Source of the DNA: Neoconidiobolus thromboides FSU 785
Taxonomy: Eukaryota; Fungi; Entomophthoromycota
NCBI GenBank assembly: GCA_025603075.1
Contig: MU626308.1
Location: 1-64,000, forward strand
Direction of reading: 5' to 3'
DNA: 64,000 nt
Shown here: positions 1 through 11,826 of the stretch, one piece after another
Layout of the letters: each line of letters starts with the position of its first letter
How positions within the stretch are numbered: position 1 is the first letter of the stretch
Notes under the pieces: model-generated
Seen by the model: the letters and a program-made list of their open reading frames with translations, nothing else
Told to the model about the DNA's origin: nothing
The model's database searches: none
Made by a program: the position numbers and the translations under genes

Positions 1-95
1 ACCCTAACCCTAACCCTAACCCTAACCCTAACCCTAACCCTAACCCTAACCCTAACCCTAACCCTAACCCTAACCCTAACCCTAACCCTAACCCT
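1..95 (-). repeat. Telomeric repeat array (TTAGGG)n, chromosome left end
   Basis: About 16 perfect CCCTAA units from base 1, ending abruptly at ...ACCCT|TGTGA. Confidence 0.98.
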
Positions 96-587
96 TGTGA
101 AATATTGCTTTGTCATTCCCATGCTTAATTATAGCATAATAATCGCCTAAGCTGTTGTGTTCTCGAGTTCAGAGGAAATCAATCCCATGTTCTTATTTTG
201 ATTTGTTATGAGAATTTCTAGCTCCATCCAAAAGAATATTATCCTCTCATTTTGATATTTATACCTTTCAGAGTATAAAAGAGTTTACAGAGTATAGTAG
301 TTCGAGGCTTTTTGACTGAATATTCCCTGATATCTCGAACACTTAATAAAGCCACTAAGTTTTCTTAATAGTATTTTACATAGATTTACATTAGTATTGT
401 CTATTATATTTGTCTTATATAGCTTGTAACCTATTACGTGCTATTTCTCATAATCCAAGTCTATCTTGGCCACATAAACTAAGACCTTTCGACTTATAGT
501 GTAGTCAACCCAGCAATAGCTGTTCTTGACTCCAACCACTGAGTACCAGATTTCACATCATTAAAATAGATCTCTTTAACATTATTT

Positions 588-686
588 GAGAGCATCTTTT
601 TTGACTTCATTATTTTTGCCATTTTTTAAGCGCTATTTAAGTGGAAAATTTGTTAGCAAAACTCTTAAACACAAAAATATATCCCC
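588..686 (-). mobile_element. ~98-bp MITE family copy (reverse)
   Basis: GAGAGCATC...TATATCCCC with the shared core (TTTTCCACTTAAATAGCGCTTAAAA on the - strand); flanks ATTT/GTTT. Confidence 0.8.
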
Positions 687-840
687 GTTTAGTAAATTTC
701 TTTTTATTAATATTAATTTCCAAAAACAAATATTAGATTTATAGAAAAAACTCCAAACTTTATATACTTTTATTAAACATTATAAGTTTGAAATCTGGTA
801 CTTAGCAGTTGGAGTTAAACAAAAAAATATCCTCAATTAC

Positions 841-920
841 TTTTGAGAATTCTGCTAATAGATTCCTGCATAAATAGCGTTTAAAAAAAAAGTAAAGTGA
901 TGAAGCCAAAAAAATATTCT
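841..920 (+). mobile_element. Degenerate, truncated MITE copy
   Basis: GAGAATTCTGCTAATAGATTCCTGCATAAATAGCGTTTAAAAAAAAAGTAAAGTGATGAAGCCAAAAAAATATT aligns to the family core; termini are eroded. Confidence 0.5.
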
Positions 921-1130
921 AAACAAAGTAATGCTACATGTAAATTAATTTATGTTTTAGTTATCTAAATACTTCCTATGCTTTATTTTTATATCAAAAC
1001 TTACATACTTTGTTTAATTTATTTTTTTTAATTCTATCTATTTTGATTGTACTTGTTTTTATTATTTTGAATGATTTATTAATAATCTAAGTTATTTTTT
1101 TGTCTTTTATAGTTTACATTATAATTACAT

Positions 1131-1228
1131 GAGGATGTTTTTTTCGATTTCATTACTTTTCCATTTTTTAAGCACTATTTGAGTGGAAAGATTGTCAGTA
1201 AAATTCTTAAACACAAAAATACATCCCC
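1131..1228 (-). mobile_element. ~98-bp MITE family copy (reverse)
   Basis: GAGGATG...CATCCCC flanked by the direct repeat ACAT/ACAT. Confidence 0.88.
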
Positions 1229-1325
1229 ACATGTTATATTTATAGATTACAGTTTATTTCAAATATGCAACTCAAAGTATATAATTACTAATTTTATTTA
1301 AAACCATAATGATGTGTAAATTTCT

Positions 1326-1380
1326 GTTTTTGTTTTTATTTTTATTTTTTTATTTTTATTTTTTTATTTTTATTTTTATT
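1326..1380. repeat. (TTTTTA)n-type low-complexity microsatellite
   Basis: Visible T-rich repeat; accounts for the spurious F/I/L-rich ORF 1309..1512. Confidence 0.8.
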
Positions 1381-1917
1381 ATTATTTTATATTTTATTAA
1401 ACGTTTTATATATTTTATAAATTTATCTAATAAGCTATTAAACTTTAATTTTTTGGCTTTCTATAATCGATATCAAGCAAATAAAACCAAAAAGCATTTT
1501 AGCATGGGTTGACCTAAAATTTAGTTTTTGAGCTCATGTTTATTATTTGTTATCAATTTTTTTAAACATCAATTATTTTTGATTTTGTATTTGCTTAATA
1601 TAAAAATAAGAATATTATTATATTTAAATATAAAATTTAGTAATTTGAATATTATTTTTGCTTTCAATAATTTGTTTACTCTTTGACTCATAAGACGATT
1701 ACAATCTACAACCTAATTCCTTTATTCTTTAATGGAAAAGCAAATTCACTGTTTATAGTTGCATAAATTCATTTAAATGCAAAAGTTAAAATATTTTAGG
1801 ATTTTAGTAAATTAACAATCCATCTAAAGGGATAAGCAAATCAAGTAACTTGATCCCATAATATTTCAAAATTTAACTTTACTTATTTTTAAATATTAAT
1901 ATTATCTTTTAATTAAA

Positions 1918-3089
1918 ATGTCATTCAATAAAAATCAAATCCTCAATTTGGATCTTGGAGGTTTATATTCTGGATTAAGTGCTAACATTAATGGAAGAAG
2001 CAACATCACACTACCACCAACATTAAATGTAAAAGTACATCCTGTAGTATTGTTTTCTATCCTTGATAATTATTTACGCCGCCAAGAAGGCCAAGATAAC
2101 GTTATTGGAACTTTACTTGGTGTTAGAAGTGATGATGCTACTACTATAGAAGTACGTTCATGCTTCCCAGTACCTCATTCAGAATCTGAAGAACAAGTAA
2201 CTATTAAACATTAAATTAAAATCGTAAAACTAAAGTTAGGTAAAGGTAGCAGTAGATATGGAACACCACAGAGCAATGTATGAACTTCATCAAAAAGTAA
2301 ACAAAAATGAAGTTATAGTTGGATGGTATATAAAATACATGTGATATAATAAAAGGTTTTAATCTTATTTAGGTATGCAACTGGATCTAATTTGAATACA
2401 TACTCTGCTCTTATTCAAGATTTTTATAATTCAGAAGCTGAGCCATTTGGCGCAATACATTTAGTAATGGATACTTCTCTCAAAGGAGATAACTTAGGTA
2501 CCAAAACATTTATTAGCAAGCCAGTTGGTATAGTTGAAAAAGTAGAAAGCTGTATTTTCCAACCATTACCTTGTGAAATACTTTTACAAAAAACTGAAAG
2601 ATCAGCACGTAATTCAAATTTAATTAATACAATATTAGATAACTTATTTAATTATATTAGTTGACATGCTTTCGTTAGCAAAAGATAATGGAAAGCACCC
2701 ATTATTATCGGATACTGACAACCTTATTCGCTCTATTCGACAATTACAATCTATGCTTGAAAGAGTTATAACATATGTACAATCAGTCATTGTAAGTTAT
2801 ATTATCATGAATTAGATTGATATTCACTTCAAATTAATAATAGGATGGCAATACTCCTTCTAATGCAGCCATTGGACGCTATTTGATGGATACAATTGCT
2901 ATGGTACCTAAAATCGATATAGAGCACTTTGATAAAATGTTTTCTTCTCATGTTCAAGTAATTAATATTATTTAATAGTCATAATACTTTAATCTTATCA
3001 TATTTTAGGATCTTTTAATGGTAGTATATTTATCTAACATTACTCGAGCACAATTAGCTATAACTGATTCCTTTAATACTCTTGTTTAA
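1918..3089 (+). CDS. eIF3f: Translation initiation factor eIF3 subunit F (MPN domain), multi-exon
   Basis: VKVHPVVLFSILDNYLRR...VIGTLLG...CFPVPHSE, then spliced [31 protein letters not shown]; GT-AG introns; TAA at 3087-3089. Confidence 0.92.
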
Positions 3090-3550
3090 AATAAAATATA
3101 CTAGATAAGTAAATAACTCCTATATTTTAGCAAGTATATCAGTTAGTAATACTTATTTATATACTGATTATTCTATGTTTTTAATCTTATGAATTTAAGT
3201 TCGATAACAAATAAGTGGCTAAATAGGTTTCAATCGACTTTTACAAACCATCTAATATAATATGAAATTAACTTAAATAGTTATAATAGAATTTGATATA
3301 GACAGCTGTATGAGCTATCCGTAATCTGAATTTAACTTTATTTTTGCTATTAATAAGAATGGAATGTAGACTATAATATAATAAATAAAATGATCTGTGT
3401 AGTTATTATTAAACAAAAAAATTATCATGCTTCTTTACTTGACATAAACTATATCGAATGTAATAAAACCAAAAGGAATTAAATGCATAGTTCGGGAATA
3501 AACAATGAAATTATTTTTATGTAAAAAATAAAAAGTCAATAAACTAATTT

Positions 3551-4948
3551 TTATTTTTTAGACACAAAATTAGCAGAAGATAAAAATGAAGTAATAACCC
3601 AATCATAAATAATATAATAGGGAATCATCTTATCAATAGGAGATAGCTGAATATCAATAGTTTGATTATATTCTTCTGACATATCATCATCTTCAGTTTT
3701 CTTAGTATTATCTTCTTCACCAAAATTGGAAGTTGCTTTAAATGAATGTAATAAATCTGCCGTTTCCAAGGAATCTGATGAAGATATTTCTGAAGTAGAG
3801 ATAATAATGTCGTTATCAAAATCATTGTCGTTATCACTTAACGAAGGAGGAGAGGCATTCCCTAAATTTAAAGTTGGACTTTTCAGTTTTAGATAAGAAT
3901 AAACCTTTGATTGTATTTCCTTTTTTATTGCGTTGTTCCATTTTTCAGTAATATTTTGTTTTAATGTTTTTGCTATTTTATGAATTGGATTATATTGCTT
4001 AGATAACTTACTGGGTAAGGTTATTAACTTTGTTTGATATTTGTCAATCTGAGCTTTACAAAATGTCGAGACGTTCTCAAGGTCTTCATTAACAACAAGC
4101 ATTTGCGGCTTCTTTTTGGGGTAGACGTATGGCCTATAAATAGTTTGGATCCAATTATAAAAGTTTTGAGGATCTACTAAAGCATTTTCTTGATATCCAC
4201 ATTGTCCTAAATTAGAATGTTCGATGTAGTCATGTGCCACTTCTACTTTAAACTTAGTATACTTTTCATTGCTAAAAGGGAATATTAAATAAGGTGGAAG
4301 TAAACTACCGTCTCCAGAAATACAAAAAATAGCGCCAAAACGAAAAGATTTTATTTCATTTAATATGTTAATATTGAAATCTTTATCTATAACATCCATT
4401 TTAGTTAACTGAGGAAGTTCAAACCATATAGGGAGGTATTCCATATAAATAATATCACTTTTTTCTGTTTTCGATATAATGTTTTTAAAAAATAAATCAA
4501 ATTTAGATTGAGCCTTTTCCTCTTTATTGTTAATAGCTTTGATCATCGTTCTTTTTAAAAATCTGTTTAAATAATTTCGTTTTTGATTCAAGTTAAATTC
4601 ATTAAAATATTTGTTACATTTCTCTGCATATTTGAGTAATTCTGAAATAGGAACTGATTCAAGTTTAAAGCGCTTTGACATGCAATAATTAATTAAGCTG
4701 TTATCCAACTCGTGGTATATGGGGCTTCCTGATTTTGTACATGTAGTATTGTTTTGATTATATTTGATCAACTTGCTCTTGTTCTTATTCCATCGGTAAA
4801 CTAAATCATATCTTAAATTGTACTTTGCTAATACTTCTTGTTTAGAAAAAGTAGAAGACTCCTGGTATTCTTTCAATATAGAAAGTTTTTCTTCAATAGT
4901 ATACCTTTTTCTTGCTTGTAATCTTTTGTTTCTCATATCAATAACCAT
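3551..4948 (-). CDS. pogo/Tc5-derived CENP-B-like protein (HTH + HTH_Tc5 + degenerate DDE_1 + acidic tail), probably domesticated
   Basis: RKRYTIEEKLSIL (HTH), GSPIYHELDNSLINY...YLNRFLKR (Tc5 HTH), GAIFCISGDGSLLPPYLIF (DDE_1 core). Catalytic Asp positions are replaced; intact 465-aa ORF; no TIRs seen. Confidence 0.8.
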   Translation of the reverse strand: MVIDMRNKRLQARKRYTIEEKLSILKEYQESSTFSKQEVLAKYNLRYDLVYRWNKNKSKLIKYNQNNTTCTKSGSPIYHELDNSLINYCMSKRFKLESVPISELLKYAEKCNKYFNEFNLNQKRNYLNRFLKRTMIKAINNKEEKAQSKFDLFFKNIISKTEKSDIIYMEYLPIWFELPQLTKMDVIDKDFNINILNEIKSFRFGAIFCISGDGSLLPPYLIFPFSNEKYTKFKVEVAHDYIEHSNLGQCGYQENALVDPQNFYNWIQTIYRPYVYPKKKPQMLVVNEDLENVSTFCKAQIDKYQTKLITLPSKLSKQYNPIHKIAKTLKQNITEKWNNAIKKEIQSKVYSYLKLKSPTLNLGNASPPSLSDNDNDFDNDIIISTSEISSSDSLETADLLHSFKATSNFGEEDNTKKTEDDDMSEEYNQTIDIQLSPIDKMIPYYIIYDWVITSFLSSANFVSKK

Positions 4949-5573
4949 GATTTCCTTTATTTTATTAACTATATAGTAAATAAACCCGTTTTCTAACTTA
5001 CCCCTTAAAAACCTTTAATGATGATGTAGCACAATAATCTAACCAATCAAATTTAAAATCGTTATTACATATGTTTACTTTTGTTTTTAGAATAAACTTA
5101 TTTTAAACAAAAAAAGTATCCCTTAAATACCATTATGTTTAATAACATTGAATTTTTTAATATATTTGATTATATTTTATTGTGTATTAAATATCTAAAA
5201 ATTAAAAAACATATGTCACATTAATAGTAATAAAAATAACAGTATATTATAGTTAACAAATAGTTAAAGAAATAAGTATGAGAAAATATATGCGTGTATT
5301 AGGTTTAGAGTAATATCTTTTGCCCTTAATCAATCGTTATGAATGATAATAGTTTTATCAACCTTATTGTTTATAAAAGGAAATTTAAGTAAAAGTTGAA
5401 AGTTAATCATTGTATAAAATAAATACTTTAAATATTATAACAATAAGAATCACTTTTACTAGACTATTATTTGACCATAAAAGTTTTAATACTATGGATA
5501 TTATTTTTACATGTAAAACTTCAATTAATATTTAAAAATAAAATTTAATTATGTAACTATTTATTAAATGTAT

Positions 5574-5879
5574 CTAGTTATAGAGAGAAGCTCCAGCAAT
5601 TGCTACTAAAGCAAAAGCTGCAGGGAGAGCGGTCTTAGCATCTGAAACTCCACCGGCTTTAGCAACTGAAGCGGAAGCACTAGAACCAGAGGAAGCGGGA
5701 TCCATTTTTTTCGCTTCACTTAAGGCTGAAGATGCTGAAGAAACAGCAGCGCTCTTAGATGCACTTACAACAGAAGAAACTCCGGAAGATGCGTCAGAAG
5801 CAATAGATGATACACTTGATCCAACATCTTGGGCAGATACAGCTAAGGCAAGACTCAATAAAGCATAAGTAAATTTCAT
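5574..5879 (-). CDS. Small secreted Ser/Ala-rich, probably GPI-anchored protein
   Basis: Signal peptide MKFTYALLSLALAVSA, S/A-rich body, hydrophobic C-terminus ALPAAFALVAIAGASLYN. Confidence 0.85.
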   Translation of the reverse strand: MKFTYALLSLALAVSAQDVGSSVSSIASDASSGVSSVVSASKSAAVSSASSALSEAKKMDPASSGSSASASVAKAGGVSDAKTALPAAFALVAIAGASLYN

Positions 5880-8133
5880 TTTAAAGTGTATATATATTAA
5901 ATTCGGGATATTAATAAACTGATAAGCTAGGATAGATGAGCCATTTATACTTTTTAATATTTCTGTTAGAGCAATTTAAAATTTCATGTTTGGTTATACA
6001 TCAATATTACTCCTCAAATTTCCGTTAAGATTTTATGTTAATCATATGGGAACTTTAATTAAGTATTTTTATTGTTAGCTTTAAATATTTTTTTGTTGGA
6101 GAACGTTCAAAAAACAAATATTGTTATAAACTTCATATGATATAGTAGTAAAGCAAAGTTTCCAGGTTAGGGCATTCATTACGAGACTTTCAGTTGAAAA
6201 CTGAAACAAATTTAACTTATTTTTAAAACAGTATTTTATTTTTAGTTATTTTTAAAAAGATAATTTATAAAAAAGCTCTTCTAAAATTGAACAATATCTT
6301 AAAAGTATTAATTAAGTATAATTATTATCTTTTTTTGAATAATATTTTAATTTGTAATTATACACATTGCAAATCTCCGATATTCATTATTATAGTATAT
6401 ATTATTTGTATATGGATTATCAAGTTAAGGAGATAACCTTTGAGCATCACTTAATTAAAGCATCCACTTTTTAAATACAACAATTCAATATAAAATTACT
6501 ATTTAAAAACTATAAAATTTTATTGTAAAAAACCATGAGTATTATAAAATCACTATATTTGGATAAGCCTTAAAGTAATTACATGATAAAATCTTTTAGT
6601 CGATATACAATAATTAGTTAGAATAATTGCTATAGATTTACTTCAGCTTAAGCTGTAAAGGTTTTAAATAAACATTCAACTAAATATATTTTTTTAAAAC
6701 AAAAAATTATATATTTAATGTTTTTTCCTTTTCAATATTTTGTTCACTTCTCATACAACATGAAAATAAAAAATATTATTAATGATAATGTTAAACAAAA
6801 AACATCTGCATTTGTTATTTTATATCATTATATAGAATAATATGTATATAATGAACAATGCTTTGGTTTTAAATAAAACAAAAGTTGTACTTTTAAAAAT
6901 TCTTTTTTACACTTATTAAGTTATAAAAACCTTAAAATAAAAAACCTCTTTTAATAATCAAATGTTTATTGACGCATATATAAAGTATTTTTTAATAGTA
7001 TAAAAAAAGTCGATTCCTACTTTCAGCTTAAATTCTCAGATATTTGAATAAGAACTTTCATTTCCGAGTCTAAACGAATATTTGTCTATGTTTATTAAAA
7101 CACAATGAATATATTCTTGATAATTTATTTTTAAATACGATAACTTAGAATTTCCTATAAATTAAATGCAGTGGTTGTTTAATCATTATGAAACACATTT
7201 AATACAATATAATATCTTCATTAGTCAATTTTTAGTTTACTATTATTATAATGAATGTACTATAATTTTATAATGAACAATTATATATCTAATATAATAT
7301 TTAAGTTTTTTAAAAAGTATTTAATTACCTTCTTATTGTATATTTTACTATTACTATCAAATTTATAAAATTCAATAAATTTAAAAACATTTTTAGTTTT
7401 CTCTTAATTTCTAAAAATTGAAAGATTGTTCCAAAAATAGTTCTAAAAATAGTTCAATTAGTGATAAAGCAGAACAATGCAAGATTCAATAACTTAACTT
7501 AGCTTGTGATATTAATGTTACATTCTATTCTCTTTTATATAGAAATAAAAAGACAACTATGTAAGATTTTTATAAGACCTGTATAATCCTTAAATGCTTT
7601 TAGAAGACAGAATATTACAGCAACAATGGTCAAACATAATATAAGCTTGAAATTACTTAAAAACAAGGCTTTATATTTCGACCCTCTTTTTTTTAAATAA
7701 AAAAATAACAACTTCGAATAAGTTACACTAATTGGTTATACTTTTTACTCTCTTTTCGATGAGTGAATTTAATTGGCTTTGAATATTAAATATTATTTTG
7801 ATTTGGTAGTTTGAAATGTGGCAGTAATCTTATTCCTTTATATTATATTAATCTGGTCATATGGAATTATCTTAAGCCAATTAATGTTCTAAGTTAGAAG
7901 TAGTATGTCGCATTAAATTATCAATTATTCTGAATTTTTTGCTTCTATGTATGTTTTAATACAATATAATTTATTATTAGATAGCTTCATATATTTTTTT
8001 TAAGATAATAAACTCATTCAAAGTAATTCTTCATCTATACGTACGTTTATTACATTACACATATTGTTAATCCAAAATTTAAAGCTTACTTTTTAGATAC
8101 CTTTTGCTTCTGTTAGTGCTAAATAAAGTTGAA

Positions 8134-9174
8134 ATGAGTACTTCATCAAACACAGACAATAGCACAGACAACCAATTTGTAGCTAAAGCAGTCATAATCG
8201 GAATAAGTCTTACTTTTACGGTTATACTTATTTTAATTGCCACCTTCTTTATTGTAACTTATTACCGCAACAAAGCTTCGAAAGGAAGGGCTGCGCAAGA
8301 AATTGTTTTATCTGAGACCAATAGGACAAGGAGAGAAAGGAGAAGAAACAGGATCCGACTTGAACCATATTGTAAATTTGTTGCAGATTCTGATGCGTTA
8401 ATCGTTGTTCGTAAATCTGTTGAGCTTGCATTCCCTGGATTTGTAAACTGCTCAGTAAAAACATCAGAGCCATTACCTTCGAGCCTTATTTCTTTTTATT
8501 TTGAAGTTGAGATTTTTGCTCTTGAAAATAATGTCAACTTATGTTGTGGATTTGGTTCAACAAGGCTTTCTAATTCTGTAATGCCAGGTTAGTTTTACTT
8601 ATTTATTTACTTATTTAAAAGATTATAACAAATTGTTTTAGGCTATGGCTTAAATTCAGTGGGATATTGCTCTTTAGATGGACAACTTTATGTAAATGGT
8701 TCACTTGATCATTACAATCCAGATCTTAAATATAGACAGGGGGATATTATTGGATGTGGTTATTTTCCTAGGAATCAAACACTAATATTTACTAAAAATG
8801 GAGAAAGGGAAATGTCAATTAAGTTCACTGCTTCTTTACTAGATGAAAATTGTTTTGATCTTTATCCGGTTATAGGTTCAACCGGTACTTGTATAGTTAA
8901 AGCTAATTTTGGTCAACACAAATTTATTTTCAAAGAAGCCAATCGAAACGCTTGGGGTATTGGCCCAAGCAATGCATTTGATACCAATGATTTAGTATCT
9001 CCTCCTCCAAGCTATGAATTAGCTAAAGATTCTGAGCAAGTACCACAGCCTGTTTCTTCTGGGCAAACCCAACAAGAAATGTCATATAGCTCAATAATTA
9101 CATATGAAGAAGGCAGTTCTTCAAGAACTTTAGGATATCCTTCATCGCGAACTGTTCAACCACCAAGTTATTAG
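8134..9174 (+). CDS. SSH4: Ssh4/Ear1-like TM-SPRY protein (Rsp5 adaptor type), 2 exons
   Basis: N-terminal TM helix; SPRY motifs YFEVEI, VMPG|YGLNSVGYCSLDG, GDIIGCGY, ANFG; C-terminal PPSY motifs; intron 8590-8641. Confidence 0.82.
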
Positions 9175-10309
9175 ATTTTAAAGTTTACCTTAATTTACTC
9201 CCATAAAGTTGTTATATTCTTAATCTCCTACCATCCATTTTCTATAATATTAGTTAATAAGTTCGTTCACATTATTTAATTTTATTTCAAATAAAAGTTC
9301 CATATTGTGCTAACTTAAAATACAGGTGTTAATACGCCAAAGCACTTTTAAACTGTATATTACATAATTATAGTATTTTATAAATATAAATTACCTATAT
9401 GATCAAAATACAACATACTAATCTAGTTAAATATTAAGACATCAATGCAAATTAAATTCATATTATTAAAAGCAATATTTTGGGTTAAAAACTTTATTTA
9501 AGACTACTTTTAAGTAAGTTGAATGTATTAAGACCATTTCCCAATATAAGAGTATGATATTAGAAGATAGAGCTTTTTCTATAAATATTATTTAAATAAA
9601 AATTGTTTGATTATTTATTCTTAATGAAATTGACTCATAAATCTAGCTACACACTATTACAAACCATTATATTGTACTATTATTCTATAATTTAATTGTA
9701 TATTTAAAACTTTATTATATATGGTAGCTTAATATCCATTACCTTTCATAGTTTTGAAGAATTAACTTATCTGTTCAAGAAATTTAGTACATATAATTAG
9801 AATCCTTAAGTAACAGATTTATGTTAATTATTTGATGAATGATAATGTAGAAAAAATCAAAGTTGATCAATTACATTTGTTGATGAAAGGTATGCCTTAT
9901 TATATTATTTAATACCTGTTTATGTAGTTACATTTCTTTTTAGCTATTTTTTGCAAAATAACATTGTAAAATAGAATTAATGCTTTTAATACACCTATTT
10001 ATATTATTTTTGTCAAATTTATTATTTTAGTTTTAACTATTATAATAATGTAGTCCCATGATCCAATTGGATGGAGTATGGCCATACTACTACGAATATA
10101 TTTACCAGTATCCTTTAAAATGAATAATTAATTACAAAACTCACCAATTGATTTAATTTGGTGGTTTAAGACGCATCTAAAAATAATTAGCAATAATTGA
10201 AGTAATATACATAAATTTTCTATTAATAGATATCATTAAATAAATGTTCTTTAAACTAGTAGTGATAAATAAAATATAGTTTGTTTTCTTTTTCTTTTAT
10301 CTAAGTAAT

Positions 10310-10909
10310 ATGTATATTAGAGACTTCTCACTCAAAGTTTTGGTACTTTGCGCTTTAGCAGGTTCAGCTTATTCAGAATATGCAATTAGCTCATCATCTA
10401 AAGCACGCTGCAAAAAGAAATCAACTACAAGAGAAATAGTGCACACAACTATGTCACCAGTTTACACTACTATTCCACCTAATACCCAAACCTATAACTC
10501 TTCAACTGTTTCACAAGAGCCACCTAAGACATCTTCAATTGCTTCTCAAGAGCCACCTAAGACATCTTCAATTGCTTCTCAAGAGCTACCTAAGACATCT
10601 TCAATTGCTTCTCAAGAGCCACCTAAGACATCTCCAACTGTTTCTCAGGAACCATCTAGTAGCACTTATGAAGTAATTAGCTCAAGTGAGAACTCAACCA
10701 AAGTAGAAAGTTCAACAAAAGCTAGTAAAACTTCAACTAATGAAACCTCAGCTAGCGAAACTTCAACCAGTGAAACTACAACTTCAGAATATGAAACAGA
10801 GTCAAGCTCCACACAAAAGAGAACAAGTTCCTCTTCCGCTTTAGCTTTAAGTAAGAGCAGTGCTCCATACTTTATTGCATTAGCATTAAGTTTATTTGCT
10901 CAATCGTAA
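10310..10909 (+). CDS. Secreted Ser/Thr-rich GPI-type surface protein with internal tandem repeats
   Basis: Signal peptide, (SQEPPKTSSIA)x4, S/T/E-rich stalk, hydrophobic C-terminus. Confidence 0.85.
   Translation: MYIRDFSLKVLVLCALAGSAYSEYAISSSSKARCKKKSTTREIVHTTMSPVYTTIPPNTQTYNSSTVSQEPPKTSSIASQEPPKTSSIASQELPKTSSIASQEPPKTSPTVSQEPSSSTYEVISSSENSTKVESSTKASKTSTNETSASETSTSETTTSEYETESSSTQKRTSSSSALALSKSSAPYFIALALSLFAQS
10511..10642 (+). repeat. 33-bp coding tandem repeat x4
   Basis: TCTCAAGAGCCACCTAAGACATCTTCAATTGCT units with few substitutions. Confidence 0.92.
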
Positions 10910-11056
10910 TATACTGTGTAGCAATTAGCGTTTGTTCATTAATTTAATTAAATTTTATATTTATACATATCTTTTTTCGTTTGATATTTCAAAATCTCTT
11001 TATACAATATTATGATATCAAACATACTTGTTTAGTTAACATTTTAATATATATAT

Positions 11057-11156
11057 GGGGGGGATGTATTTGTGTTTAAGAATTTTGCTAACAAATTTTC
11101 CGCTTAAATAGTGCTTAAAAAATGGAAAAAATAATGAAGTTAAAAAAGACACTCCC
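11057..11156 (+). mobile_element. ~98-bp MITE family copy
   Basis: ATAT|GGGGGGGATG...CACTCCC|ATAT. Confidence 0.9.
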
Positions 11157-11434
11157 ATATCTTAAAACTGTCCTCAACTTAATTTAATTTATTGCCCTTT
11201 AAATCAGTAGCGATAGAATATTTATTACCTAAATTCGTCCGCCAGATAAGCATTAAATTAAATGTTCTCCAACTATTTTAAGATACAAGTATTTAGATAA
11301 TAAAATAGACATTTAATGTAATTATGGTTTTAAAACATAAAGATGTTTCACTGTCTTTAATAGAATATTATTTATCAGGATAAGCAATTTACTATTGTGT
11401 ACTTGTAGAATTTATGACAGTTTTATAAGTATAT

Positions 11435-11525
11435 GGGGATTGTTTTTTATTTCACTTTTTATTTTTCAAGCGTTATTTAAGTAGAATAATGTTAATAAAA
11501 TTCTTGGACAAAAAAGTACATCCCC
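11435..11525 (-). mobile_element. MITE family copy (reverse, internally shortened)
   Basis: ATAT|GGGGATTG...ACATCCCC|ATAT. Confidence 0.85.
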
Positions 11526-11727
11526 ATATATATGATTTTTCATGAATAATCAGTTTTTCGATAAGAATTGATGGCGAAGGGACTGATTACAATATTGAAT
11601 TTTTTTTACTTCAGTAATTTTTGCCTCTTGCCATAAGAATAAATGCCATTGCAACCAATAATTTATTTCTTTAACTAAAGCACAAAGGTTGCTTATAAAA
11701 AGCTCCTATATTTAAGGTAGAGGATAT

Positions 11728-11826
11728 GGGAATGTATTTTTGTGTTTGAAAATCCTACTAATAATTTTTCCGCTTAAGTAGTGCTTAAAAGATGGAAAAA
11801 GTAATGAAACCAGAAAAATCATCCAC
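11728..11826 (+). mobile_element. ~98-bp MITE family copy
   Basis: ATAT|GGGAATG...CATCCAC|ATAT. Confidence 0.88.

Noticed and set aside
1309-1512. 67-aa F/I/L-rich ORF
   Set aside because: Produced by a (TTTTTA)n microsatellite; no coding signal.
3551-4948. pogo ORF as the mobiliser of the local MITE family
   Set aside because: pogo makes TA duplications and this copy lacks catalytic residues, whereas the MITEs show 4-bp duplications.
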